Assembly: GCA_039028615.1 (NCBI GenBank)
Contig: JBCCHT010000039.1
Span: 47,040-111,039 of the forward strand
From: Myxococcota bacterium
Lineage (GTDB): Bacteria; Myxococcota_A; Polyangia; Nannocystales; Nannocystaceae
DNA: 64,000 nt
Reading direction: 5' to 3'
In this document: one piece after another, positions 9,701 through 19,974 of the stretch
How the letters are laid out: each line of letters begins with the position of its first letter
How positions within the stretch are numbered: position 1 is the first letter of the stretch
Notes under the pieces: model-generated
Databases searched by the model: none
The model's input: the letters and a program-made list of their open reading frames with translations, nothing else
What the model was told of the DNA's origin: nothing
Program-made: the position numbers and the translations under genes

Positions 9701-11604
9701 TGGAGCTCGGCGCCGCCCTCGAGGCCGACGTGTTCCTGTGGGAGTGCATGGCGCTCAACCCCAAGTATGTCGAGATCATCCAGCACAAGTGGATGCGCGA
9801 CGACCTGTCCACGCTGACCAACGCCTATCCCGATCACGAGGACATCCAGGGCCCGGCCGGCATGGACGTGGCCAACACCATCTCGCGCTTCATCCCCGAT
9901 GACGGGATCATCCTGACCAGCGAGATCAACTTCCTGCCCCTGTTCCGCGAGGTCTGCCGCGAGCGAGACAGCGAGCTGGTGGCCATCGGGCCTCACGAGG
10001 GCGACCTCATCGCACCCGAGCTGCTCGACCTGTTCCCCTACCAGGAGCACCCCCGCAACATCGCGCTGGTGGCTCAGATGGCGGAGCAGCTCGACGTCGA
10101 CCACGACCTGGCCATCGTCACCATGGCCCAGCACGTGGTCGCCGACCTCGGCGTGCTCAAGAGCTATCCGCCCGTGCGGGTCTGCGGGCGCGTGCTCAAG
10201 TTCATCAACGGCTGCTCCGCCAACGAGCGCGCCGGGTTCTTGGGCAACTGGGAGCGCACGGGCTGCGCTGCGCTGGCCGAGAGCGAAGACCCCGAGCAGC
10301 TGGTGATCACCGTGGTCAACAACCGGGACGACCGCATCAGCCGCAGCGAGGTCTTCGGTCGCATCCTGGTCAACGACTGCGTGGTCGATCGTCACGTGCT
10401 CATCGGCACCAACCTACGCGGGCTGCTCTCGTACCTGCGCGGGAGCATGGCGATCTTCCTGCAAAACATTCAGCTCGTGCGTGCGGCCGACCTCGAGGAC
10501 CCCGAGGGACGGGAGCGGGCGCTCGGGCGCCTGGCGGCGTTGATGCAGCGGCTGCGGATCTCTCCGCTGTCTGCCAATGCCCTGCTCGCCCGCCTCCGCA
10601 CCTATGCAGCCGGTTGCGGCCTCGAGCTGCGCGACCCCGAGCCCGCCCGCAAGGTCCTCGAGCAAGCCCTGGCCAGCGACGGCGGCCTCGAGCTGGCCAA
10701 GCTCCGCAAGGACTTCGAGCAAGACGCCAAGCTCCGCGCCGCCCTCGATGCCGGCCTGAGCGAGCCCACCGAGGCCTCCACCCAGACGCCGCCAGAGGTC
10801 CTGATCCCCTGCGAACGCAAGGAACTCGAGGTGCACTTCGCCCGCCAGCTCGCGCGCGCGGTGATCCATGCTCGCCTGCGACGACAGCTCGAGGCCCTGT
10901 TCGACAACAAGTCGACGTCCGAGCTGGGGGCCTACGAGGATCGGGTCCGCGAGACCTATCGGGTGATGTTCGATGACATGTTGGTGGTCGTCGAAGATCC
11001 CAAGACCAAAGGTGACGCAATCGTGCAAGCGTGTGCACGGTGTGTACCGCCCGGGACCCATGTACGCATCATGGGTACCCAGAACATCAAGGGTACCGGT
11101 CTCGACTTCGTGTATCGATGGTTGGCCGTCGATGCCGTGGTGGCGGAGCTGAAGATCCTGCAAGGGCCGGAAGACGACGGGCGACTCGGGGCGCTCGAAC
11201 GACTGCAGGCCTTTGCCGATCACGGGGTGATGGATCTCGGCCTCCTCCATCGATACCTGCGCGAGAACGAGCCTCGGGGGGCCGCCGAGCGAGCGCCCTT
11301 CGATCGCCTCAAATCCAAGGTAGAGCCCGCCTACAAGAAGAAACGGGCTCCTTTCGAAGCGGCGACGGGCCCCGATGCACCGGGCGGCAAGAAGAAGAAG
11401 ACGTGGGTCGAGTCGGCCGCGAGCTGGATCGAGGGATGGCTCGATTTCCTCGACGGTGCCCGTCGGTTCCACGGATCGGCCGCGATCATGAAGGACCTGG
11501 TGCACGGCCGTGTCTCCCACCCCCGCGCCGCCGTGCTCATGCGCGAAATCTACGCGAGAGAAAAGGGAGGTTGGTTGCTGGCACGCTTTTCCAACAAGGG
11601 GTGA
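6715..11604 (+). CDS. pgsB: Giant poly-gamma-glutamate synthetase PgsB/CapB-like protein (Mur-ligase fold) with ~900 aa N-terminal extension
   Basis: GTG at 6715 overlaps the upstream stop (GTGA) with GGAGG upstream; P-loop [50 protein letters not shown] and late MGTQNIKG match PgsB/CapB signatures; hydrophobic helix ~9390-9440 precedes the ligase domain. Confidence 0.8.
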   Translation: MKIGPLKLGVPSLARVRHHDDPSSPAYVGRDSHRRAVIDLIARHMSPLQAKVRRRVLDELSRRIVDREGEIDLFFQLDESERLAATLLHARHVIPVLEAEEERFVVEFRRLVRAHDALDSQAEQRRFLADHLQRTASSRGQARADRAALRRNLNLEALKERHDGDRHRVLVQVEVSLDFMAGALVTLGPDAPAPTESKASALALLGDSDVLEFLVTYARTQARWQTRWAAARALEAYVCTGITLTDAQIEGLRGRIADKNEHPWVVSVLVSTLWTTRPQLARTITEERLRTPLEHPLDFLVRRLLLDQTHRDGPWALGVIEALLHRGDPAQHVRLGINRVLRRLLDEHPEALDLIVSQVGILPASAPEPEPAPRRKRKKAKAEPAPAPKLELPSETVSTEDVASSNDANYDSADRKKKQRRKRRRKKKDNKEKKKRKKTEKPAPPQQPAQDEPTEAVEEPAKDEPTPAEPEAPTEDSGPSEHAVVPDVGDAAARVRAVAGRALVVTLGERLACPEAGPRGKQSLAYLHTWLRRERDELPLLVTFEALRRVLEDIHEDHDGREALRILAPVLAELSRDGAASPAIHEDAAATLETLDRVLSPPRRALVARLRSALSQTSVPGSCRVPLTEDNERADVGRALAEITRDDWGVSASLSPRRARLRRGDRFTTKLWRVLHEIRNPAPNKRQGFRHTVGRVLTGDLRAHSGQLHEVTPTVVPGERVHIRGEGGWGRHVPSADDVTTVPLLRPRPVELYSSFGVTRLRATGSLAKRLWSRARLTFRYAEVAAQRSTSLDSDEPEESRRYLTMLRDRYGIEVEIEPAPPCGEHPRALPERITALLPGEPEPPADASSKPSTKVAALALAPDALTPGVLPRLDEWLDTHVHYFLSMQANQQASLAAFFLGAFALFFGDSFRRRHSIDRARKKIPLCIGGWGTRGKSGTERIKAGLFHGLGYQVFSKTTGCEAMMIHSVPEGPPAEVFVFRPYGKATIWEQRNLLELGAALEADVFLWECMALNPKYVEIIQHKWMRDDLSTLTNAYPDHEDIQGPAGMDVANTISRFIPDDGIILTSEINFLPLFREVCRERDSELVAIGPHEGDLIAPELLDLFPYQEHPRNIALVAQMAEQLDVDHDLAIVTMAQHVVADLGVLKSYPPVRVCGRVLKFINGCSANERAGFLGNWERTGCAALAESEDPEQLVITVVNNRDDRISRSEVFGRILVNDCVVDRHVLIGTNLRGLLSYLRGSMAIFLQNIQLVRAADLEDPEGRERALGRLAALMQRLRISPLSANALLARLRTYAAGCGLELRDPEPARKVLEQALASDGGLELAKLRKDFEQDAKLRAALDAGLSEPTEASTQTPPEVLIPCERKELEVHFARQLARAVIHARLRRQLEALFDNKSTSELGAYEDRVRETYRVMFDDMLVVVEDPKTKGDAIVQACARCVPPGTHVRIMGTQNIKGTGLDFVYRWLAVDAVVAELKILQGPEDDGRLGALERLQAFADHGVMDLGLLHRYLRENEPRGAAERAPFDRLKSKVEPAYKKKRAPFEAATGPDAPGGKKKKTWVESAASWIEGWLDFLDGARRFHGSAAIMKDLVHGRVSHPRAAVLMREIYAREKGGWLLARFSNKG

Positions 11605-11680
11605 GTGTAGGACGTCCCAATACGAAATCAGACCATTTCATGATCCTCGAAGGGGCACTTCGACCTTATCGTTGCCCCGT

Positions 11681-13804
11681 ATGACTGGACTCGCGTTGTT
11701 CCTGCCGTCGACCCTTGGTTCAAAGTATGGGCGCTCGATCGTCGGGCCCGGGCTGGCCGCGATGTGCATGCTGCTGGCGAGCGATGCCGCCCAGGCGGCC
11801 GTCGTGCCCGCGCAGATCGTAGTGCGGACCGGCGACACCCCGACCGGACCGATGGTCATCGACGTGCACGGAGCGGTCGTCAACGATGCGGGGGAGCCGG
11901 GGTTCATCGTCGATCTCGCGGATGGCGATCACCTGGTGTGGGTCGGCGCGGGGCCGGTTTGGGAGGGCAGCGACGACGCCGTCAACATCCTCAGCGACGT
12001 CGAAGCCACCATGGGCACCAACGGCCTGGGCGACTTCGTCTACGCGCCCGACATCAATGGCATCGACGGCCTGTATACGAACAGCGGCCCCTTGGCGATC
12101 GCGGGCGACCCTGCGGTGGGGCACCCCGCAGGTGCGATCTACACCTTCCATCGCCGCCCCTCGATGAGCGCCGACGGATCCGTCTACTGGAGCGCGGGCG
12201 TCGACCTCGACGGCGGAGGCACAGACGTCCTCACTTTCTACCGCAGCCCCGACGGCACCCCGGGCTCCATCGAGCGGCTGCTGTCCAGCGGCGACGCGGT
12301 CGGAGCCTTGATCGTCGACGACTCGGGCGGCGGCACCGATGGCGGCATCGACAGCGACTACCAGGTCTCCGAAGACGGCACCCACCGAATCCACGTGCTC
12401 AACATGGAGGGCCCCTCGACCATGGACGGCATCGTGTGGGTCGATGGCGCGGTCGCCATGCAGGAGGGGACCCCCACGGGCGGCGGAGACAACTGGGACA
12501 ACTTCGATCTCGTCTCGATCAACAACGCGGGCAACTACCTCGTCACCGGCAATACCGATGGCCCCGAGGGCACCGACGAGTTCGTCGCCTACAACGGGAC
12601 CGTCGGCATTCGCGAGGGCGACCTGGTGGGCGGGGTGGCCCTGCAGACGAGCGCCAGCCTCCGCTTCGCCTCGATCAACGACAGCAACCAGGCCGCGTTT
12701 TCCTGGGGCTACCAGTCGGTGGCCGGCTTCCGGGAGGCGGTGTTCTTTTCCTGCAACGCGGCCGACCTCGGGGCGTCGTCGCTGCCCGTGCTCACCACCG
12801 ACGACGACACCATCGACATCGACGGCGACATGATCGGCGACTTCGTCGTCGACGAGATCGTCAGCTCTACCGCGGTCACGGCCAAGGTCCTGGGCAACAC
12901 CCCCTTCATCTATGCCGAGGTCGACCTCGACGACGGCGAGGCGGTCTACAACGCCGTCGTGCAGATCCCCGTGATCTGCTGCGGCAACGGCCTGGTCGAT
13001 CCGATGGAGGACTGCGACGACCAGAACGCCGACAACACCGATGGCTGCCTCGACAGCTGCATCGCGGCCAGCTGCGGCGACGGCTTCATCCAAGCGGGGG
13101 TGGAGACCTGCGACGACGGCAACGACGACGATACCGACGACTGCCCCGGCACCTGCCAGCCCGCGACCTGCGGCGACGGCTTCGTGCAGGCCGGCGTGGA
13201 GGAGTGCGACGACGCCAACGCCGACGACACCGATGACTGCATCGCGGGCTGCGTGGCGGCCTCGTGCGGTGACGGGTTCGTGCAGGCCGGCGTCGAAGAC
13301 TGCGACGATCAGAACGACGACGACACCGACGACTGCGTGGCCGGCTGCGTGGCGGCCTCGTGCGGCGACGGGTTCGTGCAAGACGGCGTCGAGGAGTGCG
13401 ATGATGGCAACGACGACGATGACGACGAGTGCCTGAGCGACTGCACCATACCCGTGCCCCCCTCCGACACCGGGTCCGAAGGTGGCGACACCACGGGCGG
13501 TGATACCAGCGAAGACACCACGGCGGGGGAAGGCGAAAGCGGCGTCGACAGTGCGAGCACGGGCGACGGCGGCAGCGCGGAAGGGGTGGACCCCGATGAT
13601 GCGGGCAATGCCACCGACTCGGCCGGAGACGCGACCGGCTCGGGCAGCGACGGCGGCAGCGGCAGCACGGCCGGGGTGGGCGACGACGGGGGCGGCTGTG
13701 GCTGTCGCACCAGCGACGAGCGCCCAGTCTCCGGCATCGTGTGGAGCCTGTTCGGGCTGGGCCTGCTGGGCCTGAGGCGCCGACGTCCCACGCTCGGTCG
13801 CTAA
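11681..13804 (+). CDS. MYXO-CTERM surface protein with myxobacterial Cys-rich (DUF4215-type) repeats
   Basis: Signal-like N-terminus; five CGD/NG...E.CDD.N.D.TD.C repeats ~12980-13440; Ser/Thr/Gly/Asp linker; C-terminal GCGCRT...[15 protein letters not shown]; start codon uncertain (11681 or 11762). Confidence 0.85.
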   Translation: MTGLALFLPSTLGSKYGRSIVGPGLAAMCMLLASDAAQAAVVPAQIVVRTGDTPTGPMVIDVHGAVVNDAGEPGFIVDLADGDHLVWVGAGPVWEGSDDAVNILSDVEATMGTNGLGDFVYAPDINGIDGLYTNSGPLAIAGDPAVGHPAGAIYTFHRRPSMSADGSVYWSAGVDLDGGGTDVLTFYRSPDGTPGSIERLLSSGDAVGALIVDDSGGGTDGGIDSDYQVSEDGTHRIHVLNMEGPSTMDGIVWVDGAVAMQEGTPTGGGDNWDNFDLVSINNAGNYLVTGNTDGPEGTDEFVAYNGTVGIREGDLVGGVALQTSASLRFASINDSNQAAFSWGYQSVAGFREAVFFSCNAADLGASSLPVLTTDDDTIDIDGDMIGDFVVDEIVSSTAVTAKVLGNTPFIYAEVDLDDGEAVYNAVVQIPVICCGNGLVDPMEDCDDQNADNTDGCLDSCIAASCGDGFIQAGVETCDDGNDDDTDDCPGTCQPATCGDGFVQAGVEECDDANADDTDDCIAGCVAASCGDGFVQAGVEDCDDQNDDDTDDCVAGCVAASCGDGFVQDGVEECDDGNDDDDDECLSDCTIPVPPSDTGSEGGDTTGGDTSEDTTAGEGESGVDSASTGDGGSAEGVDPDDAGNATDSAGDATGSGSDGGSGSTAGVGDDGGGCGCRTSDERPVSGIVWSLFGLGLLGLRRRRPTLGR

Positions 13805-13859
13805 AGCCGGGCTCCGCTTCGAACGGCACCGGTCGACGGTATTGCAGTACTGTCGACCG

Positions 13860-14969
13860 GTGGCGGACGACGATCAACCCGCTCCCTACAGCGCGGACTC
13901 GATCACGGTGCTCGAGGGCCTCGAGGCCGTGCGTCGGCGGCCCGGGATGTTCGTGGGCAGCGTGGACGCCGAGGGGGTGCATCACCTGCTGTGGGAGGTC
14001 GTGGCCAATGCCCTGGATGAGCACCTCGCCGGGCATGCCCAGCGGGTGCAGGTCTGCCTCGACGGCAGCACGGCCACGGTGGAGGACGACGGCCGGGGGA
14101 TCCCCACCGCGCTGCACCCTTCCGGGAAGACGGCGCTCGAGGTCGTGCTGACCACCCTGCAAGCAGGGGCGACCGCGGACGGGCACACCCCCCACGTGCA
14201 CATTGCCCCGTGTCTACACGGCGTGGGGCTGGCCGCCGTCAATGCCCTCTGCGAGCACCTGCACGCCCGGGTGCACCGCCACGGCCGACGCTTCGAGATC
14301 GCCTGCGCCCGGGGGCAGGTCGTCTCGCCCCTGCGGGATCACGGGCCCAGCGACGGCCGGGGGACTCGGATCGAGCTGCGGCCCGACGCCACCCTCTTCA
14401 GCGACACCACCTTCGACCGGGCCCTCGTACGCGAGCACCTGCGCCGGCTCGCGTACTTCAACCCGACGCTGCGCATCGGCCTCGACGACGAATCGTTCCA
14501 CGAGCCCGCCGGTCTCGCCGCCTTCGTCCGCGAGCACGCCTGCGCCCGAGACGAGGCGACCCCCGTCATCCACCTGTGCGAGGTCGCCCGGGACGTGCGG
14601 GTCGAGGTCGCGATCACCTTTGGGGAGCCCGCCGCCCCTCGCACGCACTCCTTCGTCTGCCAGCGACCCACGAAGGAGGGCGGCACCCATGTGGAGGGCC
14701 TGCGGCGCGGCCTCGAGCGAGGCATGCGGGCGTGGTTCCAGGCTCGACCGGCGCTGTCCCCCGTCCGCCTCGATCGCGTGCCCGGCTTCGTGGGCGCGGT
14801 GCACGTCGGCCTCTACGACCCTCGCTTCGGCGGCCCCACCCGGGATCTGCTCGCCGACGGTGAAGCGCGATCGGCCGTGCACGAGGTCGTGGCGCATCGC
14901 CTGCCGCAGTGGCTCGAAGACCACCCCGATCACGCTCGCTGGCTGGCGGCTCGGATCGCGCCTTCGTGA
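13860..14969 (+). CDS. Stand-alone GyrB/ParE-like N-terminal fragment (GHKL plus transducer, no TOPRIM)
   Basis: YSADSITVLEGLEAVRRRPGMFVG, EVVANALDE, VEDDGRGIP, LHGVG and EGGTHVEG; ends after ~369 aa with no C-terminal half. Confidence 0.85.
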   Translation: MADDDQPAPYSADSITVLEGLEAVRRRPGMFVGSVDAEGVHHLLWEVVANALDEHLAGHAQRVQVCLDGSTATVEDDGRGIPTALHPSGKTALEVVLTTLQAGATADGHTPHVHIAPCLHGVGLAAVNALCEHLHARVHRHGRRFEIACARGQVVSPLRDHGPSDGRGTRIELRPDATLFSDTTFDRALVREHLRRLAYFNPTLRIGLDDESFHEPAGLAAFVREHACARDEATPVIHLCEVARDVRVEVAITFGEPAAPRTHSFVCQRPTKEGGTHVEGLRRGLERGMRAWFQARPALSPVRLDRVPGFVGAVHVGLYDPRFGGPTRDLLADGEARSAVHEVVAHRLPQWLEDHPDHARWLAARIAPS

Positions 14970-15116
14970 GCCTCTACGGCGACCGGTTGTGCGCCTCGGG
15001 ACGGCGACCGACGATCCGCTTTCGCGGCCATTGAACAATTCCGCCTCCGAGGGGGTGACCGACGACCCCATGAAGAGGAGCCCCGGCGATGAAGCCTCGG
15101 CTCCTCTTTGTTCCTC

Positions 15117-15650
15117 TCACTCGCCGGTAGAGCCCGCGTCCTTGGGCAGGTTCTCGCAGGCCGTGCCCGCGTGCTCGCAGGTGAACCCGGGCCACGACAC
15201 GCAATCGGCGTCGTTGGCCTGGCACTCGAGCAGGCAATAGCCGTGGGCGCACAAGAAGCCCTCGTCGCACACCGTCTGATCGATGCCGCAGAACACCAGG
15301 CACGTGTCGAAACACTGCGGGCTTCGGCAGCACATCTCGCCCTGGTCGCAGGCGGGCACCGTGGCGCAAGGCTGACCCAGCGTAGGCGCAGGACCGGTGG
15401 ATTCGCTCGACCCCGCCCCCGTGCTCGTGGACGTCGTCGCGCCGCTCGCCTCACCCGTGGTCTCGGCGGCGGCTTGGGTCGTAGACGCCGACGAATCGGT
15501 CGCGGCGTCGGACGTGCTCGACGCCGCACTCTGGCCGCCGCCGGCATTGGCATTCCACAGCGGGTTCTCGCCGATGAAACAACCACCGAGCGACACGAGC
15601 ATGACCAACGACCACGCCCTACGGCGAGATCGCGAGCCCTTCGTCGGCAT
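15117..15650 (-). CDS. Cys-rich lipoprotein
   Basis: Lipobox-like LVSLGGC, Ser/Thr linker, Cys-rich C-terminal domain. Confidence 0.7.
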   Translation of the reverse strand: MPTKGSRSRRRAWSLVMLVSLGGCFIGENPLWNANAGGGQSAASSTSDAATDSSASTTQAAAETTGEASGATTSTSTGAGSSESTGPAPTLGQPCATVPACDQGEMCCRSPQCFDTCLVFCGIDQTVCDEGFLCAHGYCLLECQANDADCVSWPGFTCEHAGTACENLPKDAGSTGE

Positions 15651-15778
15651 GGTCTGTGGATGCAGCATGCGTCGTTTCCGACCCAGGAGAGCATCATACC
15701 GCACTCCGAGGTGAGCCCGATCGCCGGTCGGCGGGATTTGTGACGCAGGCGCTTGGCGCCGCGGTGGGCCGCGCTACC

Positions 15779-16786
15779 ATGCGCTCCGTGCCCGCGATCG
15801 CCTGGAAACGGTGGTGCGTCACGCTGCTCGGCCTCAGCGTCTCCACCGCGCTCGCTTCACCCGCCATGGCGGGCGAGTCGGACGTCTCCACCGTTGTCCT
15901 ACCGATCTCCACCGAAGGCGAGCTGAGCCAAGTCGCGCTCGACCGGATCGACGCTTCGCTGCGCAAGGGCCTGACCTCGGGCGGACTGTCCATCGTCGAC
16001 GGCGGCGGCACGAGCCCGTGTGCCGATGCGCAATGCGTGGCCGATCGGGCCACACAAGCCGAAGCAAACACCGCCGTGCAGCTCCAGCTCGTGCTCGAAG
16101 GTCGCGACTATCGCATCGAGCTATTGGCCACCGATCGCGATGGCAAGCCGCTCACGGCATCGGCCGAGTGTGCCATCTGTGGCTTCGACGAGGCCGCGAC
16201 CGTCGTCGGAGACGAAGCCACGATCCTGGCCGGAAAGCTCACCGAGGGCCCTGAACCGGCCCAGGTCACCGTCGACACGACCCCCGCAGGCGCAGCCGTC
16301 TATCTCGACGACGAGCCGGTCGGGACGTCACCCTTGTCCATCGACGTCACCGAAGGCGAGCACGAGATCCGCCTCGAGAAAGAGGGCTTCGGTACCAAGC
16401 GCGCCACGTACTCGGCGGTGGGCGGGGTGAAGGAAAAACTCAGCTACGAGATGGTCGCCCAGACGGCCCCGAGCAAGTCGATGCGCACGGGAGGCTGGGC
16501 CGCGGTGGGAGCCGGGGCCGCGGCGTTCATCGCCGGAGTGGGCTCGCTGGCAATCAACGGGCGCGACGTCCCGTGGCGCTGCGACGACCCGGTCAACATC
16601 GACGCCAACGGAATCTGCCGCTACCAGTTCACCTCGGTGCCGGTCGGCGCGACGCTGCTGGCGCTGGGCTCGGCGAGCGTGGCCGCGGGCACGGTGTGGC
16701 TGCTCGTCGATCGCAACCGCCGTCGCGCCGACGCCAAGCAGGTGCGCATCATCCCCACCGGGCTGGGCATCGCGGGTCGGTTCTGA
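15779..16786 (+). CDS. PEGA domain protein
   Basis: Signal peptide; VDTTPAGAAVYLDDEPVGTSP...GEHEIRLEKEG PEGA pattern; hydrophobic C-terminus ending GLGIAGRF. Confidence 0.85.
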   Translation: MRSVPAIAWKRWCVTLLGLSVSTALASPAMAGESDVSTVVLPISTEGELSQVALDRIDASLRKGLTSGGLSIVDGGGTSPCADAQCVADRATQAEANTAVQLQLVLEGRDYRIELLATDRDGKPLTASAECAICGFDEAATVVGDEATILAGKLTEGPEPAQVTVDTTPAGAAVYLDDEPVGTSPLSIDVTEGEHEIRLEKEGFGTKRATYSAVGGVKEKLSYEMVAQTAPSKSMRTGGWAAVGAGAAAFIAGVGSLAINGRDVPWRCDDPVNIDANGICRYQFTSVPVGATLLALGSASVAAGTVWLLVDRNRRRADAKQVRIIPTGLGIAGRF

Positions 16787-16874
16787 GCCTCCACTCACAC
16801 ATCAGACTTTCCCTGACAGCAACGCTCGCCGGGCCGCGATTTCGGGCGCCTGCGAGCGATGTGCCCGGTGGCAC

Positions 16875-17375
16875 TTACAACAGATCGTAGAACTCGCCAG
16901 GCCCGAGGAACAGCACCGGAGTCGAGCCGAAGCGGATCCGGTCGCCCGTGTTGACCACGATCGACTCGTTGGGCTCGAGCTCGCGATCGCCGACGGTGGT
17001 GCCGTTGCTGGACTTGCGATCGCGCAGCACTGCGCGGGTGGGAGTCTCGATCCGAAAATCGGCGTGGTACTTGGAGATGTCGCGGCTTCGGATCATCACG
17101 TCGCAGTTGCGGGTCCGCCCCACGATGATGCGATCGCGATAGGGGTTGGCCCCCGTGCTCCGCAGCGGCAGCACGCGATGGGCGGGGGGGAGCTCGTCGC
17201 GCGGACCGGGGGTGGTCTGCGTTCGGAACTCGAAGTCGACGTCGGCGTCTTCGTCGACCAGCAGCACGAAGGGGTAGTTGAAGCGGAGGATGAAGTCCTT
17301 GCGCGAGAACTCCCGCTTGCGCTCGACCCACCGCTCGTCGCTGATCTGGACTTCCTCTTCTTCGTTAATTTCCAA
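16875..17375 (-). CDS. FHA domain protein
   Basis: IVGRTRNCDV, ISKYHA and DRKSSNGT FHA motifs; overlaps the 3' end of the upstream kinase. Confidence 0.85.
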   Translation of the reverse strand: MEINEEEEVQISDERWVERKREFSRKDFILRFNYPFVLLVDEDADVDFEFRTQTTPGPRDELPPAHRVLPLRSTGANPYRDRIIVGRTRNCDVMIRSRDISKYHADFRIETPTRAVLRDRKSSNGTTVGDRELEPNESIVVNTGDRIRFGSTPVLFLGPGEFYDLL

Positions 17376-19638
17376 CGGTCTTCTCCAGCTTCTCGAGGCG
17401 CTTGGTGGCGCTCGGGTGACCTAGGGACTGGGCCTTGTCGTAGTGACGTCGTGCTTCGCCGTACTCCAAGACCTTGAAGTGCGCATCGCCGAGCAGGATC
17501 CGGAGGTTCCCCTGGCTGGGCGAACGCTTGATGGCCCGCTTGGCGAAGACCAGAGACTTTCGATATCGACCCCGCTCGAAGTAGAGCTCGGCGAGCCCGG
17601 ACAGCGCTGCCTTGTTCTTGGAGTCGAACTCGAGGGCACGATGATACAGGGTCTCGGCGCGATCGAGCTGGTTGGCCGAGAACGCGGCCTTGGCTTCCTT
17701 GGCGACCGCGGCCGACTTGGCGGGATCGCGCTGCGCCGCGCCGTCGTCGGTGGCTCGTGGTCGCCGACCCGACCCCGAGCCTTCGTCGGTGGACGATGGT
17801 GAGGTCGGTTCCGCGGCGGGCTCGTCGGCGGCGTCTCCGTCGGCCGACGCTTCGACCGCCGGTTCATCCGCCGGCTCGGGCGCAGGAGCGGGTTCGGCCG
17901 CATCGGTGGCAGGCGGGCGAGCGTCGTCGATGCCCGCCCCGCGCGTCGCCTCTGCATCGTTCGGGCCATCCCACCCCTCGAGGATTTCAGCCACGTGGAC
18001 GTCGGTCGTCAGCGGCCCCACCCGGTCGCGAACCTCGGCCAGCATCACGTTCCGCACGCCGGTCTCCGGCGCGGCCAGGGCCACCAGCGACTGCGCCGCT
18101 TCGAGCTCCAGCTTCGAGAAGCTGCGCTCGCGGGCTCTCACCTCGAGCGAGGCGAGCTGCCCGGGTGTCATGCGAAGGCGCGACGCGGCGTGCTCGTGCT
18201 CGGGCAGAAAGGTCAGCGCCCCCGCGTAGTAGTCCATCGAGAAGGGCCGGCCTCCGTCTTGGTCGTAGTAGCGATCGCCCAGGGCGACCAGCGTGCTGCC
18301 GAACTCCGTGCGGAGGTCGGCCGCCCGTTCGTCGGCCGGATCGGCCGCGTCGCCCTCGGTCCGCTCGAGTTCGAGCACCAGCGTGTACGCGGTCTCGGCG
18401 TTGGGCTCGGCCACCGACGGATAGATGTAGTGACTCTTGGCGGCCGCCGCCCGGGCGTCGATGGTCAGCTGCTCGATGCGATCGCGCTCGGCCGGCTCGA
18501 GCTCGCCCCTGAACATCAGCATGGCCGCGCTGGTCAGCACCGCCGTGGCCGCGACCACTCCCGCCAGCGCCATCATCTGGGTCCGCCGCGAGCGTCGATC
18601 TTTGACCAGCGCGTGCAGCAGGGACTCCATGTCGGGCCAGCGCTGCTCGGGGTGGAGCGAGAGCCCGCGAATGATCGTCGCCCGCAGCCACGAGGGCACC
18701 CCCGGGTCGCGCAGCGGCTGCGACCAGTTCTGCTCCAGCGTGTTCTTGCGGACGATGTCGAGGGTCCGACCGCCGAAGGGCCGGTTGCCGTATAGCGACT
18801 GATACAGGCTCACGCAGAACGCATACTGATCGGCGCGACCGTCGATCTTGGTGTCGGCCGAGTACTGCTCGGGCGCCATGTAGCCCGGCGTGCCGATGCC
18901 CCCGCTGGGCCCCTGCACCGAGGGATCGCGGCCGATGGCGTCGGGCGAGACCATGGGCTTGAACACCGCCTCGGCGATGCCGAAATCGAGCACGCGCACC
19001 CGCCCGTCGTGACCGAGCATGACGTTGCTCGGCTTGAAGTCGCGGTAGATGAGCCCCGCCTCGTGGGCCGCCGCCAAGCCGATGCCCGCCTTCTCGTAGA
19101 CGTCGCGGACCGCCTTCCAGCCCCCTTCTTCGGGTAGATCCCAGTCGCGCAGCGTCACCCCGTCGATGAGCTCCATCGCGATGAAGAGCCGCTCGTCGGC
19201 GATCCCCACGTCGAAGATGGGCACCACGTTGGGGTGCGAGAGCTTCGCCATGATCCGCGCCTCTTGGCGCAGGTTGTCGCGGAGCTGGGCGTCGTCGGCG
19301 GAGACGTTCCGGTGCAGGACCTTGATCGCCACCCGGCGGTCGAGCTCGGGATCGTAGGCAGCGAACACCGCCCCGAGCGCTCCTTTACCGACCTGCTCGA
19401 TGATGAGGTAGCGACCGAGCGTGCGGCCGGGGAGCGTCTGGCCGAGATCGTCGTCGGTGGTCTCGAGCACGCCCGCCGCGGCCTGCACGGTGGCCTCGTC
19501 TTCACCGAAGAGGAGCTCCTGCAGGCGCTCGTCACAGGATGGGCACTGCTCGACGTGCTCCATCGCCGCTTCGCGTTGGGCCGACGACAGCTTGTTGCCG
19601 GCCAAGTCCGCCATCACGGCATCGTGCAGACACTCCAC
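17365..19638 (-). CDS. Membrane Ser/Thr protein kinase with N-terminal zf-HC2-like motif and C-terminal TPR domain
   Basis: HVEQCPSC; GKGALG, VAIK, YRDFKPSN, DFG and GTPGYMAPE; TM helix; TPRs at the C-terminus. Confidence 0.9.
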   Translation of the reverse strand: MECLHDAVMADLAGNKLSSAQREAAMEHVEQCPSCDERLQELLFGEDEATVQAAAGVLETTDDDLGQTLPGRTLGRYLIIEQVGKGALGAVFAAYDPELDRRVAIKVLHRNVSADDAQLRDNLRQEARIMAKLSHPNVVPIFDVGIADERLFIAMELIDGVTLRDWDLPEEGGWKAVRDVYEKAGIGLAAAHEAGLIYRDFKPSNVMLGHDGRVRVLDFGIAEAVFKPMVSPDAIGRDPSVQGPSGGIGTPGYMAPEQYSADTKIDGRADQYAFCVSLYQSLYGNRPFGGRTLDIVRKNTLEQNWSQPLRDPGVPSWLRATIIRGLSLHPEQRWPDMESLLHALVKDRRSRRTQMMALAGVVAATAVLTSAAMLMFRGELEPAERDRIEQLTIDARAAAAKSHYIYPSVAEPNAETAYTLVLELERTEGDAADPADERAADLRTEFGSTLVALGDRYYDQDGGRPFSMDYYAGALTFLPEHEHAASRLRMTPGQLASLEVRARERSFSKLELEAAQSLVALAAPETGVRNVMLAEVRDRVGPLTTDVHVAEILEGWDGPNDAEATRGAGIDDARPPATDAAEPAPAPEPADEPAVEASADGDAADEPAAEPTSPSSTDEGSGSGRRPRATDDGAAQRDPAKSAAVAKEAKAAFSANQLDRAETLYHRALEFDSKNKAALSGLAELYFERGRYRKSLVFAKRAIKRSPSQGNLRILLGDAHFKVLEYGEARRHYDKAQSLGHPSATKRLEKLEKTVGN

Positions 19639-19974
19639 TTTGTGCCGATCCTAACCCATTCAGTGTCGATCACCGCATTCATTGCCGGACTCGAGCACCC
19701 ACATGAACGTCGACGCACTCGACCGTTGTGCAGTCGCGGTACGAGCTGTTCGCGACCGGCCGCATTCGGACTCGGGCGGCGAGCGACTTCGCTCGGACTC
19801 CGCCGAATGTGACATGGCAATGGCACTTTCGATCAGGGGAACAGCCCTCACACTCCTTCGCACAAGCGAGCACCCAAATGTATTTAAAGTTAGTTTTTGA
19901 GTTGCTAAAGTTATTTAAATGCTTCGAAGATCTTGCTTAACATCGAAATATTTTGGTGCTATGAACTACATTCA

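Noticed and set aside
6715..11604. MurD/FolC or cyanophycin synthetase assignment
   Set aside because: No ATP-grasp domain is seen, and the GTRGKS, KTTG, ECMAL and NxRxDR motifs fit PgsB/CapB better; an HMM search is still needed to confirm
12960..13450. Regularly spaced DNA repeats suggesting a CRISPR array
   Set aside because: They are in-frame Cys-rich protein repeats with no unique spacers and no cas genes; the same applies to 21330-23330 and 25860-26660
13860..14969. Functional gyrB/parE housekeeping gene
   Set aside because: Lacks the TOPRIM half, key lid residues are changed, and no continuation in another frame is evident downstream
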